Of a DNA stretch of 64,000 nt, positions 38,558 through 48,125 are shown piece after piece. The DNA comes from a virus. Location: IMG/VR virus record IMGVR_UViG_3300016649_000355. One strand, given 5' to 3'. A program made the translations under genes and the position numbers. The notes beneath the pieces are model-generated. The model worked only from the letters and a program-made list of their open reading frames with translations. It ran no database searches and had not been told where the DNA came from. Numbering within the stretch: position 1 is the first letter of the stretch; the number at the start of each line of letters is the position of its first letter.

Positions 38558-39221
38558 TTTCACTATAGATCAGTTCTGCAATCTGTTGATGCCCTAGTAT
38601 ACTAGGGTGTAGATCGTGCGGACCAACTCTATCATACAACCACCGAGTGTCATAATCCATGAATTTAAAAGTTTTAAGAATGTAATCATCGATTGGATTA
38701 GGTTTATCAGTAATCCTGAATGGAGTCCAATAATAAAATTCAATATTGTGTTTATTAAAAATATGAGCCAAGGCTGAACAGTCTCTAGCCATTGAATACA
38801 ATCCTTCAATAGCAGTGTAAAAATAGAATCTACTTTCTAGCCATTGAATGATATGATCAGATTCATCATGTAAACCCAAAAAGCACCCTTCTTTTATTTT
38901 TGCCCAATTTTCTTGTAGATTAGATAAATCCTTGTCCGGATGTTTTGTGTTATAAATTTCATATCTGCTAGTTTGTGACCATTGAATTACAGCAACAATT
39001 TTGTCGGCATCGTGATTTTTAGATACCCAATCAAAAGTAGTACGAAAAATTCTTTGATTGCTTCCGCAACCTGCCGATAAATTTACTGTCTGTTCAGCAT
39101 TCATTAATCTACCTAGATGTTCTGGCCAACATAATTTCAATCGTTCTTCATCCTGATCAGCACGATCTAAGTTTAATCCACCTCCTGCAGTCCAGCTACA
39201 TCCATTGGTAAGTAAAATCAT
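38532..39221 (-). CDS. SGNH/GDSL-hydrolase-like protein
   Basis: TNGCSWT, NLSAGCGSN, DLHPSILGH; close paralog of 19118..19828. Confidence 0.7.
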   Translation of the reverse strand: MILLTNGCSWTAGGGLNLDRADQDEERLKLCWPEHLGRLMNAEQTVNLSAGCGSNQRIFRTTFDWVSKNHDADKIVAVIQWSQTSRYEIYNTKHPDKDLSNLQENWAKIKEGCFLGLHDESDHIIQWLESRFYFYTAIEGLYSMARDCSALAHIFNKHNIEFYYWTPFRITDKPNPIDDYILKTFKFMDYDTRWLYDRVGPHDLHPSILGHQQIAELIYSEIKSLKDPQ

Positions 39222-39222
39222 A

Positions 39223-39534
39223 CTACTTATATACCTTTGATGAATTATAGTTAGGTTGTGTATCTACAAATTCTGATCCTCCACCTGCACCAATAATACA
39301 GGCATAGTCATTGTCATACTCTACCATAGACCAAGTGTTTTTGTTTTGATTGACAAATAAAATAAACTTACTACGGCTACTAACTCCCAACCAACTGGGA
39401 ACTTCTTTATATTTTTGATTTGTCAGTAATGAAAAAACTCTTTCAGCTTTATCGCACACTACTTCTTTGTTCTCGATAGTAGGTTGTGCTAATGCGATGC
39501 CAGGAAATAATAGTATTAAGAGTTTTTTCATCAA
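39223..39534 (-). CDS. Secreted hypothetical protein
   Basis: Signal peptide MKKLLILLFPGIALA; two Cys. Confidence 0.65.
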   Translation of the reverse strand: MMKKLLILLFPGIALAQPTIENKEVVCDKAERVFSLLTNQKYKEVPSWLGVSSRSKFILFVNQNKNTWSMVEYDNDYACIIGAGGGSEFVDTQPNYNSSKVYK

Positions 39535-40682
39535 TGTATCAACAATAGGCTGCTTAATACATCATTGCGGTTAGCAGCATCATCACCGTCACCTGGCTTC
39601 ACGATAACATTCCACTTGCCTTTTGCTTCTGGATCTTTATCGACGGGTTTACGCATCATCTCATCATAAGTGATCACTGATTCAGGGTTCAAACTATACT
39701 TGATAGCGATACGATCTTTAACAGCCTGTTGCGCTTGACTATTCTTGTATTGCCACTTACCACTCTCATCTTTCTCTAATGCATCACTGAATAATTCTTT
39801 AGGAACTACACGACTGTTCTTAGTTTTGACGAAATCGATTTTCTTTTCTTGGCTAGTATGTGCGCCCTGGCTGAAGTTCATCTTGAAGTTATCTGGGCGC
39901 TCTGCTTGCGCTACTGAAGCCATTTTAGTGTAAGCATAAAAATCAACTTCAGGATGCTTTCTAGCGACATCATAAGCCATGTCTAGGTATTGTGGGCTAA
40001 AGAAGTCACCTGCATCATGCCAGCGCACGACTACCTTAGTTCCCTTCTTCCCATATTTCTTTTCTGCTTGACCAATCTCTTCACTTAGTTTAGACATGAA
40101 GCCTTCTGGGTCATTGTATAAGAAGTTTAATAATTTAGTAGAACTCAATGAGCTTGCCTTCCACTGAACATATCCACCTTTCATGGCGTAGCAGAATGTT
40201 TTGCATGCGCCAGCACCCGGGCAAGTATCGATAACAATGAATTCTCCAGTATCTTCATCCACTGCTAGACCTTTCAATGCGGGTAGACCCACATTGAAGA
40301 ATATGCTGCTTGTGCCATCGCTGTGTTGCATCTTTTCGTTTTGCTTGAGTATCTTTACAGGACGCTCAGTAAAAGTCTGGCGTAACTTATCTAAGTCATA
40401 CTTTTTACCTTCGTCATTGACGATTGGAATATTACCACCATGGATATATGGTCTTTGGAATTTGTCCTGTTTCTCTTTACTTTTACCCACAATTCTGTCA
40501 AGATAGCTTGTTAATTCATCTTGATCGAACTTACGGCTTGTGACACCACCCAATTTTGCTTCATCTACTTCTTCGCCCTTGTTTTCGCTATCCACGAATT
40601 GATCAAGGGTCATCACTTTGAAATTCTTGCTAAATGGGCTAACACCTTCGGTTACTAATTTTATGAGTTTTCTGATGTCCAT
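39531..40682 (-). CDS. Gp88-like (radical-SAM-related) phage protein
   Basis: TCPGAGACKTFCYA, RWHDAGDF and FYAYTK motifs. Confidence 0.75.
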   Translation of the reverse strand: MDIRKLIKLVTEGVSPFSKNFKVMTLDQFVDSENKGEEVDEAKLGGVTSRKFDQDELTSYLDRIVGKSKEKQDKFQRPYIHGGNIPIVNDEGKKYDLDKLRQTFTERPVKILKQNEKMQHSDGTSSIFFNVGLPALKGLAVDEDTGEFIVIDTCPGAGACKTFCYAMKGGYVQWKASSLSSTKLLNFLYNDPEGFMSKLSEEIGQAEKKYGKKGTKVVVRWHDAGDFFSPQYLDMAYDVARKHPEVDFYAYTKMASVAQAERPDNFKMNFSQGAHTSQEKKIDFVKTKNSRVVPKELFSDALEKDESGKWQYKNSQAQQAVKDRIAIKYSLNPESVITYDEMMRKPVDKDPEAKGKWNVIVKPGDGDDAANRNDVLSSLLLIH

Positions 40683-40707
40683 GATAGGTTCTCTGTTTAT
40701 ATACTAT

Positions 40708-41424
40708 TTATTGTAAATGTTGTTTTATCAGTTCCACAATTTCTAATTGCTGTTTTATGGTAGTATGATAACTTCCTGCATTAGGTTCAACTATGTAGGT
40801 ATGAATTGAATATTTTTTACCAGTTATACAATCAAAAAACGGGATGTCCGGGGATTCTAAAAGGTCGATAACTTTAAGTGCTTTGATGCCGCTCAGTAAT
40901 AATTTATGTTGCACAGCGTACATACAATATTCATCAATTTGCCGTTTCCATCGGGGGATATATAAATGTTTTAACCATGCTTCTAGTGCGCTGTGTTTGA
41001 TTTCATAGTTTGGTATAAGTCTATCTCTCCAGTGCTTTTTGTCAGGAATCAATGACATTAAGTTGTCTGATAAAAGTATAGCGTTTTGTTTTTCTCCGAT
41101 TTTAGGTCTATAAATATCATACAACTCTTCAATTTTTATTTTTTCTGTTACATTCCTCTCCCCTATTTCTAAAACTTCAGGAGAAACAGAAATTTCAACA
41201 CGATCAAACACAGTGGTGCCGAATAATATAATATCAGGTTTGATCTTGATAGCTTCTTCTATCTGTATGCATATACCACCGTTACTAGATCCCGGTCTAG
41301 CAAGTTGTATCAGTTCATATCCCGTTTCTTTTGCAAACACTTCACTGAAATGCGTTCCCTGAAATTCAGGATTATACATGTCCGGACTCATAAAACTGCA
41401 TCCGCATGTCACTAATTTTTTCAT
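40708..41424 (-). CDS. SGNH/GDSL-hydrolase-like protein
   Basis: TCGCSF, LARPGSSN and YH motifs. Confidence 0.6.
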   Translation of the reverse strand: MKKLVTCGCSFMSPDMYNPEFQGTHFSEVFAKETGYELIQLARPGSSNGGICIQIEEAIKIKPDIILFGTTVFDRVEISVSPEVLEIGERNVTEKIKIEELYDIYRPKIGEKQNAILLSDNLMSLIPDKKHWRDRLIPNYEIKHSALEAWLKHLYIPRWKRQIDEYCMYAVQHKLLLSGIKALKVIDLLESPDIPFFDCITGKKYSIHTYIVEPNAGSYHTTIKQQLEIVELIKQHLQ

Positions 41425-41440
41425 TATGGTTACCTATTGA

Positions 41441-41469
41441 TTGACTTTTAATTAAAATTTATGTAATAT
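41441..41469 (+). promoter_or_regulatory. Sigma70-type promoter
   Basis: TTGACT-17-TAATAT before uvsE. Confidence 0.55.
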
Positions 41470-41497
41470 ATGCTCATATTTATCTGGAGACAACCAT

Positions 41498-42535
41498 ATG
41501 TCTAGTAATATTAAACGCATTGGCTTTGCATGCAAATGGGCAGAGATCAACAAAAAAGGTGAGATAGCCAGTGCCGAGGGTTTGAATACCGGCGGCACCA
41601 CACTTGCATGGGCTAGGCGTAACCCTAGACATAAAGTGGAAGAAAAGATCATTGATGTTGCTAGACAGAATATCGCAAATACACATAATCTAGTCAAAAA
41701 AGTTTCAACATTGCGCCCGGAACTAAGAATGGTACGGTTAACCAGCGACATGTTTAGTTTCTATACACATGAAGACTATCGTGAATTTTGGAAGAGCCGT
41801 GAAGTCCAAGATCAGCTTGAGCAATGGATGAAACCTATCGGTGAGACCGCGAGAAAAAATGATGTGAGGCTTAGTTTTCATCCCGATCAATTCGTAGTTC
41901 TTGCGAGTGATCGTCCTGAGGTAGTAAATAAGAGTATCGAGGAGTTTGAATACCATGTGGATATGGCCCGCTGGATGGGATACGGCAAACAATTTCAGGA
42001 CATCAAGATCAATGTACACATCTCAGGTCGCCAAGGTCCGTCCGGTATCAAAAATGTCCTTGGGCGTCTCTCACCGGAAGCAAGAAACAGTATTACTATC
42101 GAAAACGATGAAATGTCCTGGGGAATCGACGCTAGCCTCGAACTGGCAAACGATCTCGCTCTGGTGCTAGACATACATCACCATTGGGTAAAAACTGGAG
42201 AATACATTGAAGCAAATGATGACCGTATTAAAAAAATTATTGATAGCTGGCGCGGTAGCCGTCGTCCTGTTATACATTATTCCGTTTCACGGGAAGACTA
42301 TCTTGTTAGCCATTCCCGACACGAACGCCCCGATCTTTGGTCGTTATTAGAGACTGGACACAAGAAACAACACTTGAGGGCGCATAGTGACTATTTCTGG
42401 AATCATGCAGTCAATGAATGGGCCTTGACACATTATGAATGGGCAGATATCATGTGCGAGAGCAAGGCTAAAAATCTCGCAAGTTTTACATTAATGGAGA
42501 ATGTTGATGCTAGACAAACTAAAGAACTTATTTAA
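41498..42535 (+). CDS. uvsE: UV damage endonuclease
   Basis: RIGFACK, RLSFHPDQF, IENDE, LDIHHH, AHSD and ESKAK motifs. Confidence 0.93.
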   Translation: MSSNIKRIGFACKWAEINKKGEIASAEGLNTGGTTLAWARRNPRHKVEEKIIDVARQNIANTHNLVKKVSTLRPELRMVRLTSDMFSFYTHEDYREFWKSREVQDQLEQWMKPIGETARKNDVRLSFHPDQFVVLASDRPEVVNKSIEEFEYHVDMARWMGYGKQFQDIKINVHISGRQGPSGIKNVLGRLSPEARNSITIENDEMSWGIDASLELANDLALVLDIHHHWVKTGEYIEANDDRIKKIIDSWRGSRRPVIHYSVSREDYLVSHSRHERPDLWSLLETGHKKQHLRAHSDYFWNHAVNEWALTHYEWADIMCESKAKNLASFTLMENVDARQTKELI

Positions 42536-42929
42536 GAAACCTGAACCAATAAAGCCAGAACCCAAGATTGAAAAACCAAAGGTTGAGAAAACTAAGGAAC
42601 CACCTAAACTCACGCCCAAAGAAGAAGCGACTAAAAATGGGGAACCCTATATCAATATACTCAAGGTTGAGTTAGATCCAAATAATATCAATAACGGTGC
42701 CTTTGAACTAGACTGGAATGATAAATTTATATTGAATTTAATTCGTGCTGGGTATAAACTTAAAGAAGATGATAAAGATAGCGACATCGTTGATCGTTGG
42801 TTTCAGACGGTGTGCAGGAATATCGCTTTAGAAATCTATGAGCAAGAACAAGCAGATCCTACGAAACGGGATGATGTTAGGGTGATAAGAACTAGAGATT
42901 TGGGAAACGGCAGAACAGAGGTATTTTAA
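42501..42929 (+). CDS. Hypothetical phage protein
   Basis: GAFELDWND-containing 142-aa ORF. Confidence 0.7.
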   Translation: MLMLDKLKNLFKKPEPIKPEPKIEKPKVEKTKEPPKLTPKEEATKNGEPYINILKVELDPNNINNGAFELDWNDKFILNLIRAGYKLKEDDKDSDIVDRWFQTVCRNIALEIYEQEQADPTKRDDVRVIRTRDLGNGRTEVF

Positions 42930-43523
42930 ATGGCCAAATATCTAGAACACTCGTCTTTGCAAGATTTGCAGGAAGTTCAAAAAACAATATTTGGTTATAG
43001 AAATCAAGTTTATGAAAAGTATCAGATCGATATACTGGACACTGACGCATTAAGTTCACTGTCCATATATCACATAGTTAATCAATACGATCCTGACTAC
43101 AATATCAACTTTGCTAGGAACGGAGAAGACGGTAAATCGAAAGATGTGCTTATTGAAACCAAAGCAAGCAGGGTAGCCGACCCCTATACCAAGAGGGGAA
43201 AATTAAGAAAGGCTGCGGGAACTGATGCAGTGTTTCAATTTCATGCCATGGGAGATTTAGAGCATCCCAGATATCTTTTTGTAGCAAGGAATAAAAATTC
43301 CCTAAAACTCATGCGCATCTATGATATCGCAAAAAAAGAAAATACCAGTAAGATCCTAAATTTTCTTTTAGGTGAGAGAGGAGCATGGCTTGCCCGATCG
43401 CAAGGAAACGAAAAATTAATGAAACGAGATGTTATCTCATTACCCGAAAAGTTTTTAATTGAAAATATCAAGTTTAATTCACCATTATCAATCGAAGATT
43501 GCGTAGTTCACAAAGATTGGTAA
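42930..43523 (+). CDS. Hypothetical protein, possible PD-(D/E)xK nuclease
   Basis: EDG...LIETK pattern. Confidence 0.45.
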   Translation: MAKYLEHSSLQDLQEVQKTIFGYRNQVYEKYQIDILDTDALSSLSIYHIVNQYDPDYNINFARNGEDGKSKDVLIETKASRVADPYTKRGKLRKAAGTDAVFQFHAMGDLEHPRYLFVARNKNSLKLMRIYDIAKKENTSKILNFLLGERGAWLARSQGNEKLMKRDVISLPEKFLIENIKFNSPLSIEDCVVHKDW

Positions 43524-43535
43524 TATCCAAAAAGT

Positions 43536-43564
43536 TTGACTTCAATGCAAAAAAGTCGTATACT
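43536..43564 (+). promoter_or_regulatory. Sigma70-type promoter
   Basis: TTGACT-17-TATACT. Confidence 0.75.
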
Positions 43565-43599
43565 TAGCGAAACTTGTCTAACTATATACTATCCCACAC

Positions 43600-44601
43600 A
43601 TGAAATACGCACTCATCGACACAGCAAACACATTCTTCAGGGCGAGGCACATCGCAAGTCGAAATACTGATACTTGGGAAAAGGTGGGAATGGCATTGCA
43701 TCTTACACTCTCATCAGTCAATCAAGTAGTTCGAAAATTTGGTATCGACCATGTTGTATTCTGTCTTGAGGGCAGATCATGGCGTAAGGAATTCTACAAG
43801 CCATACAAAGCCCATCGCAAACTAGATGAGTCTGTGATGACCGAGGCCGAGATCGAAGAGAACAAGATGTTCTGGGAGACATATGAGGTCTTCACTACAT
43901 ATCTCCGTGAAAAGACTAATTGCAGTGTGTTGCGGCATGAGAATGCCGAAGCAGATGATTTGATCGCTAGATTCGTTCATCTGCATCCCGATGACAATCA
44001 TTACATCATTAGTTCTGACACTGACTATATTCAATTGATCAATAAGAATGTGTGCCAGTATAACGGTATCTCAAATGAACTGATCACATTAGAAGGATAT
44101 TTCAAGGATAACGGCAAGCCCGTCATCGACAAAAAAACAAAAACAAACAAACTTCTTGAAGATCCGCAATATGTTTTATTCAAAAAATGCATGCGGGGTG
44201 ACGCTACCGACAATGTGTTCAGCGCATATCCCGGTGTCAGGGAAAAAGGTAGCAAGAACAAAGTTGGACTGATCGAGGCTTACAATGATAGATTCAATCA
44301 GGGATTCGATTGGAATAATCTCATGCTACAACGCTGGATAGATCATGATGGTGTAGAACAACGGGTCCGTGACTGCTATCAACGCAATAAGACATTGATC
44401 GACTTGACTGCACAGCCCGATGACATCAAAGAAAAGGTTGATCAACGAATCCGTGACGAGGTCCGTATCACGGTGACTCCCCAGGTTGGTGTACATTTCA
44501 TGCGACTATGCGGCAAGTATGAGCTTACGCGCATCAGTGAGCAAGCCGATTCATATGCTAAATGGTTGAACAATCCATACACGGGAGTTCTTAATGATTG
44601 A
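43600..44601 (+). CDS. RNase H / 5'-3' exonuclease (T4 rnh-like)
   Basis: LIDTAN, WRK...YK, EADDLI, SSDTDYIQL and GDATDNV motifs. Confidence 0.92.
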   Translation: MKYALIDTANTFFRARHIASRNTDTWEKVGMALHLTLSSVNQVVRKFGIDHVVFCLEGRSWRKEFYKPYKAHRKLDESVMTEAEIEENKMFWETYEVFTTYLREKTNCSVLRHENAEADDLIARFVHLHPDDNHYIISSDTDYIQLINKNVCQYNGISNELITLEGYFKDNGKPVIDKKTKTNKLLEDPQYVLFKKCMRGDATDNVFSAYPGVREKGSKNKVGLIEAYNDRFNQGFDWNNLMLQRWIDHDGVEQRVRDCYQRNKTLIDLTAQPDDIKEKVDQRIRDEVRITVTPQVGVHFMRLCGKYELTRISEQADSYAKWLNNPYTGVLND

Positions 44602-44818
44602 GATACATGGTATCACAAAAAAAGAAATTGAAATGCTTGATACTATATGGGCATTTCAGACAGAAGAAGAATTCTTAGAATGGCATGACAGTTTAAGTTA
44701 TCAAGATAAACTATTGGTATCCAAATTACTTGAAACATTGCGCATTGAAATGATAGATTCAGAAACCAATGAAAATTTTAACGAGGCAAATGAAGTTTTG
44801 TCCAGATATAAAAAATGA
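44594..44818 (+). CDS. Hypothetical phage protein
   Basis: 74-aa coupled ORF. Confidence 0.65.
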   Translation: MIEIHGITKKEIEMLDTIWAFQTEEEFLEWHDSLSYQDKLLVSKLLETLRIEMIDSETNENFNEANEVLSRYKK

Positions 44819-45276
44819 AACAGACATTTTACAAAAAAGTAGGGCACAGATATGTTCCCGTATCAGAATATGATAATGCATTAATGGATGCATTACCCAA
44901 AGGCGCACATTTATTCATCGTCGATCCCGGCGGTAAAAGCGTTCGGTATAACATAGATCCTGCACTTGCCCCCATGATCGCGGCAGGTCGTTATGCTGAG
45001 GACAAGATGCTGGATGCTATGCACAAGATCAGTGAGGCTCGTCCTAGCGTAACACATTTGACTGAAAAACAACGAGAAGCCTGGGGAGCTATGCAAAAGG
45101 CTTTAGGTGAAGATAAATTTTATTTGACATATCCTAGTCATTTTGAAATAGTACAAGAAGGTATCAAAGCAATGCAGAATGAAGCAGAAAAAATGTTAAC
45201 TAATCCTTCAGTAAAAAAAGCCTACGAACATTTCTTGTTAGTAGCAGAATTAACAAAAGAGGAACATAATGACTAA
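44815..45276 (+). CDS. Hypothetical phage protein
   Basis: 153-aa coupled ORF. Confidence 0.7.
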   Translation: MKQTFYKKVGHRYVPVSEYDNALMDALPKGAHLFIVDPGGKSVRYNIDPALAPMIAAGRYAEDKMLDAMHKISEARPSVTHLTEKQREAWGAMQKALGEDKFYLTYPSHFEIVQEGIKAMQNEAEKMLTNPSVKKAYEHFLLVAELTKEEHND

Positions 45277-45727
45277 TTTGATCGCAAAGCCCATCATTAA
45301 AAATCAATATTGGGTAATTACAGATGGTGAAAAAAAGGTGGGTAATGTGATAGCGAATGGATCAGGGTTTGATTTGATCATCCAAGGCAAAAATACTCAC
45401 TTCAAAACGACCAATGAGATAAAGAAAAAGGTCAAGATTGAATTTCAAACATTAAAAACAAATAAGACGAAAGTTCAATTACCTTTCGCAACTTATCCCA
45501 CACCAGATAAAATTTACAATAGTTTTTTTGATGTTAAAAGAAAACTACATGTATTTACAAAATCACTTAAAAGTAAATGTTATTACACGGCAGGTTATTT
45601 TATCATCAATCATACCGGTGAAGATGAAGTTATTTTTTGTCCGAAATATATTTTTATACAAAGATATAAATATCAAGGTCCTTTCAAGACAAAAGAAGAA
45701 GCTATTGAACGCATAAATAAAACATGA
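45269..45727 (+). CDS. Hypothetical phage protein
   Basis: 152-aa ORF with GAGG RBS. Confidence 0.7.
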   Translation: MTNLIAKPIIKNQYWVITDGEKKVGNVIANGSGFDLIIQGKNTHFKTTNEIKKKVKIEFQTLKTNKTKVQLPFATYPTPDKIYNSFFDVKRKLHVFTKSLKSKCYYTAGYFIINHTGEDEVIFCPKYIFIQRYKYQGPFKTKEEAIERINKT

Positions 45728-45921
45728 TACATATAAAGAGATTCATAGATAAGGTCTCTGTGCTAGAAAGCAGGCAAAACAAAGACCTTATATTATCCAA
45801 TAGCGATGCTAGGGCATTAAGAGATGAGATAGCAAAATTATTAGCAGACAAATTGTTTGATGAAAAAAGTAAACCAACAGACGAAATAATTAAAGTAGAA
45901 ATTAATGGTGGCAGATGGTAG
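45724..45921 (+). CDS. Hypothetical phage protein
   Basis: 65-aa ORF after CATAAATA. Confidence 0.65.
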   Translation: MIHIKRFIDKVSVLESRQNKDLILSNSDARALRDEIAKLLADKLFDEKSKPTDEIIKVEINGGRW

Positions 45922-46221
45922 ATGAGTAGAACACAACCCAAAGTACTTTTAGAATTAGTTGATAAAAAAACTTATAAGTGTGACCAGATCGTAGAAGCAT
46001 CGGGAATCTGGGCAGTGTTCTATGACGGACAACCTATCAATCTCAAGAGCCAGCATTATCTCGACAACGAAGCGACCCCCAAATATAAAAAAACAAGTTT
46101 TAGCAATCCGGGTCATGCGAGAAATCTATGCCGCAAGTTGAATACACAATTCAAAACAGATAAGTTCACAGTGGTATTCATGAACGCTGGAAGGTGTGTT
46201 TATCCCGATGACTCAATTTAA
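45922..46221 (+). CDS. Hypothetical phage protein
   Basis: 99-aa ORF containing KYKKTSFSNPGHA. Confidence 0.7.
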   Translation: MSRTQPKVLLELVDKKTYKCDQIVEASGIWAVFYDGQPINLKSQHYLDNEATPKYKKTSFSNPGHARNLCRKLNTQFKTDKFTVVFMNAGRCVYPDDSI

Positions 46222-46624
46222 GAATAAAAAACAGCAAATAACAGAAATAATTTTGAAAAATCTGCCCCTTGATCATGCTTGTAAAAAGTTCACAGTTGAT
46301 GAGGTAATCTTTAAATGGTGGATGACAGGCAGATCAGAAAAAAGTCTTAGATTGACTGATGACGGTGATCAAGCATTCAGGGACGCTGATTTCGCATTCT
46401 ACGACTTTCCATTCAAAATTAAAGAAATACAAGTTTTAACTCCCCATGCATTTATATTAGAGCTTAATAAAAAATTAAGTTGTCCCTATTTCATGGGAGT
46501 AAATATGGTTGAAAAGAAAACTAGACAACCATTGATCAGAATTTATGACAGTAAAATCGCAGTTTTGATTTCATTATATGGTAATATAATTGAATACTTA
46601 GAAAGCGTGAGGATAAGAAAATGA
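46196..46624 (+). CDS. Hypothetical phage protein
   Basis: 142-aa coupled ORF. Confidence 0.65.
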   Translation: MFIPMTQFKNKKQQITEIILKNLPLDHACKKFTVDEVIFKWWMTGRSEKSLRLTDDGDQAFRDADFAFYDFPFKIKEIQVLTPHAFILELNKKLSCPYFMGVNMVEKKTRQPLIRIYDSKIAVLISLYGNIIEYLESVRIRK

Positions 46625-46776
46625 ATGACAATCCTAAGAATAAAACACTCAAACAAGCATTAGAATTGAAAAAGAATAAAGCATTACATAACGGATTCGC
46701 TAATCAAAAAGCCCCAAAACCGAACAAGGGGTTCGGTGGTGCAACGGTTATGCGTAGAAGCGGGAGAGGAAGATGA
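46621..46776 (+). CDS. Small basic protein (51 aa; not in ORF track)
   Basis: ATGA overlaps at both ends; ends MRRSGRGR. Confidence 0.6.
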   Translation: MNDNPKNKTLKQALELKKNKALHNGFANQKAPKPNKGFGGATVMRRSGRGR

Positions 46777-47003
46777 AAACAGTAGCAATTTTAGCATCAG
46801 CATTATTTGCAGTAGCAGCAGTAGCAGCAGAACCAGCAAAAAAAGAAGCAGCAAAGCCAGTAGAAAAAGACGGCATGCTTTTACCTGCTAAGAAAGAGGA
46901 CAAAGCACCTGCTAAGAAGGAAGAAGTAAAGAAGGAAGAAAAGAAAGAAGCTAAGAAGGAAGAGAAAAAGGCTGAAGCCCCAAAAGCTGACGCAAAGAAG
47001 TAA
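46773..47003 (+). CDS. Small secreted Lys/Glu/Ala-rich low-complexity protein
   Basis: Signal peptide followed by PAKKE repeats. Confidence 0.75.
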   Translation: MKTVAILASALFAVAAVAAEPAKKEAAKPVEKDGMLLPAKKEDKAPAKKEEVKKEEKKEAKKEEKKAEAPKADAKK

Positions 47004-47087
47004 TATATATTCTTCTTTTTCAGGCATAAATACAGTTTGTAGAGTCTGTACAAAACTCTACAACACACACTTACACAGGAGAAAAAA

Positions 47088-47339
47088 ATGTACACACCAA
47101 AACAAACTATCAATACGGCTATCGACGCCATTCAAAACGCAAAGAAGTCAACAGTAAATTTCTTTGTTCCGCATGAAGGTTTAAAAGAGATATTAAACAG
47201 TCATGTAGACATGCAAGCAAAATACACTAAAGAATTCGCTGAACACTTTATCGATACATCAACTGCGGTTATGTTCAAGTTGATGGACAAAGAAGTTCAT
47301 CAAGCCTTCTACAATAAATTCACATCAACAACAAAATGA
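47088..47339 (+). CDS. Hypothetical helical protein
   Basis: CATAAATA promoter and AGGAG RBS. Confidence 0.65.
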   Translation: MYTPKQTINTAIDAIQNAKKSTVNFFVPHEGLKEILNSHVDMQAKYTKEFAEHFIDTSTAVMFKLMDKEVHQAFYNKFTSTTK

Positions 47340-47506
47340 TTGCCGATTTATTGATGAAGCAACTAAAGGATAGGTTTGGACTGGAGAATCAGTATCAGTC
47401 CAATCTTGATTCTTTCATAACATCTAAGTACCCAAAAAATCTCGGAGACATAGAACGCCTGATCAGGGAATATGAAAGAAAAATCGCAAAAGGATTTATA
47501 CTATGA
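47336..47506 (+). CDS. Small hypothetical protein (56 aa; not in ORF track)
   Basis: ATGA overlaps at both ends. Confidence 0.55.
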   Translation: MIADLLMKQLKDRFGLENQYQSNLDSFITSKYPKNLGDIERLIREYERKIAKGFIL

Positions 47507-47661
47507 AACAATTTGGAAAATTAATATTTAATTTTTTCAAGCCTGTATTAGACGCCATAGATATGTATGGCAGAGCTAAAGCAGCATCAGAACTTGCGAG
47601 GTTAGGAAAATATGATGAGGCATTGAGACTAATGGAGAAAGATACGGAAGTACATCCTTGA
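47503..47661 (+). CDS. Small hypothetical protein (52 aa; not in ORF track)
   Basis: ATGA overlap, AAGGA RBS. Confidence 0.55.
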   Translation: MKQFGKLIFNFFKPVLDAIDMYGRAKAASELARLGKYDEALRLMEKDTEVHP

Positions 47662-47791
47662 GGAAAATAAAATGATACAGATCACACAATGGTGGCCGGT
47701 AACGGACGAAGAATGGGAACAATTAAATTACCCAAAAAAATTTTGCTGATTGTAACAATACAGTAATATATACACACATAGGAGACACATC

Positions 47792-48064
47792 ATGGAAAAC
47801 AAACTACCAGCAGTACCTGAAGTAAAATTCAACAAGAACGGTTATGAGATCAGAACCGAAGTTTTGCAAATGGCTAAAGAATTAGTAGGTCAGGAATTTC
47901 AATACAAATACATGGGCTGGGAAGCCAGTGTACAAAAAGATAAAGATGGAAATCTTGTTACCAAAGTAGGTATGCCCGAATTTCCTGGATTGGACAAAGT
48001 CCTTGAAACTGCACAAAAGATGTATGATTTTGTAAATCAAGCAAATCCAAACCATAAAAAATAA
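47792..48064 (+). CDS. Hypothetical phage protein
   Basis: KNGYEIRTEVL; AGGAG RBS. Confidence 0.75.
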   Translation: MENKLPAVPEVKFNKNGYEIRTEVLQMAKELVGQEFQYKYMGWEASVQKDKDGNLVTKVGMPEFPGLDKVLETAQKMYDFVNQANPNHKK

Positions 48065-48125
48065 CTTGACATAAATTCCCTGCATATGTTATAGTGTAAT
48101 TATCTATAACTTTGCAGGGAATACC

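Noticed and set aside
47055..47790. ACACAC/ACAGGAG tracts as CsrA-binding sites
   Set aside because: They cannot be distinguished from ordinary unstructured SD leaders, with only one GGA per leader.
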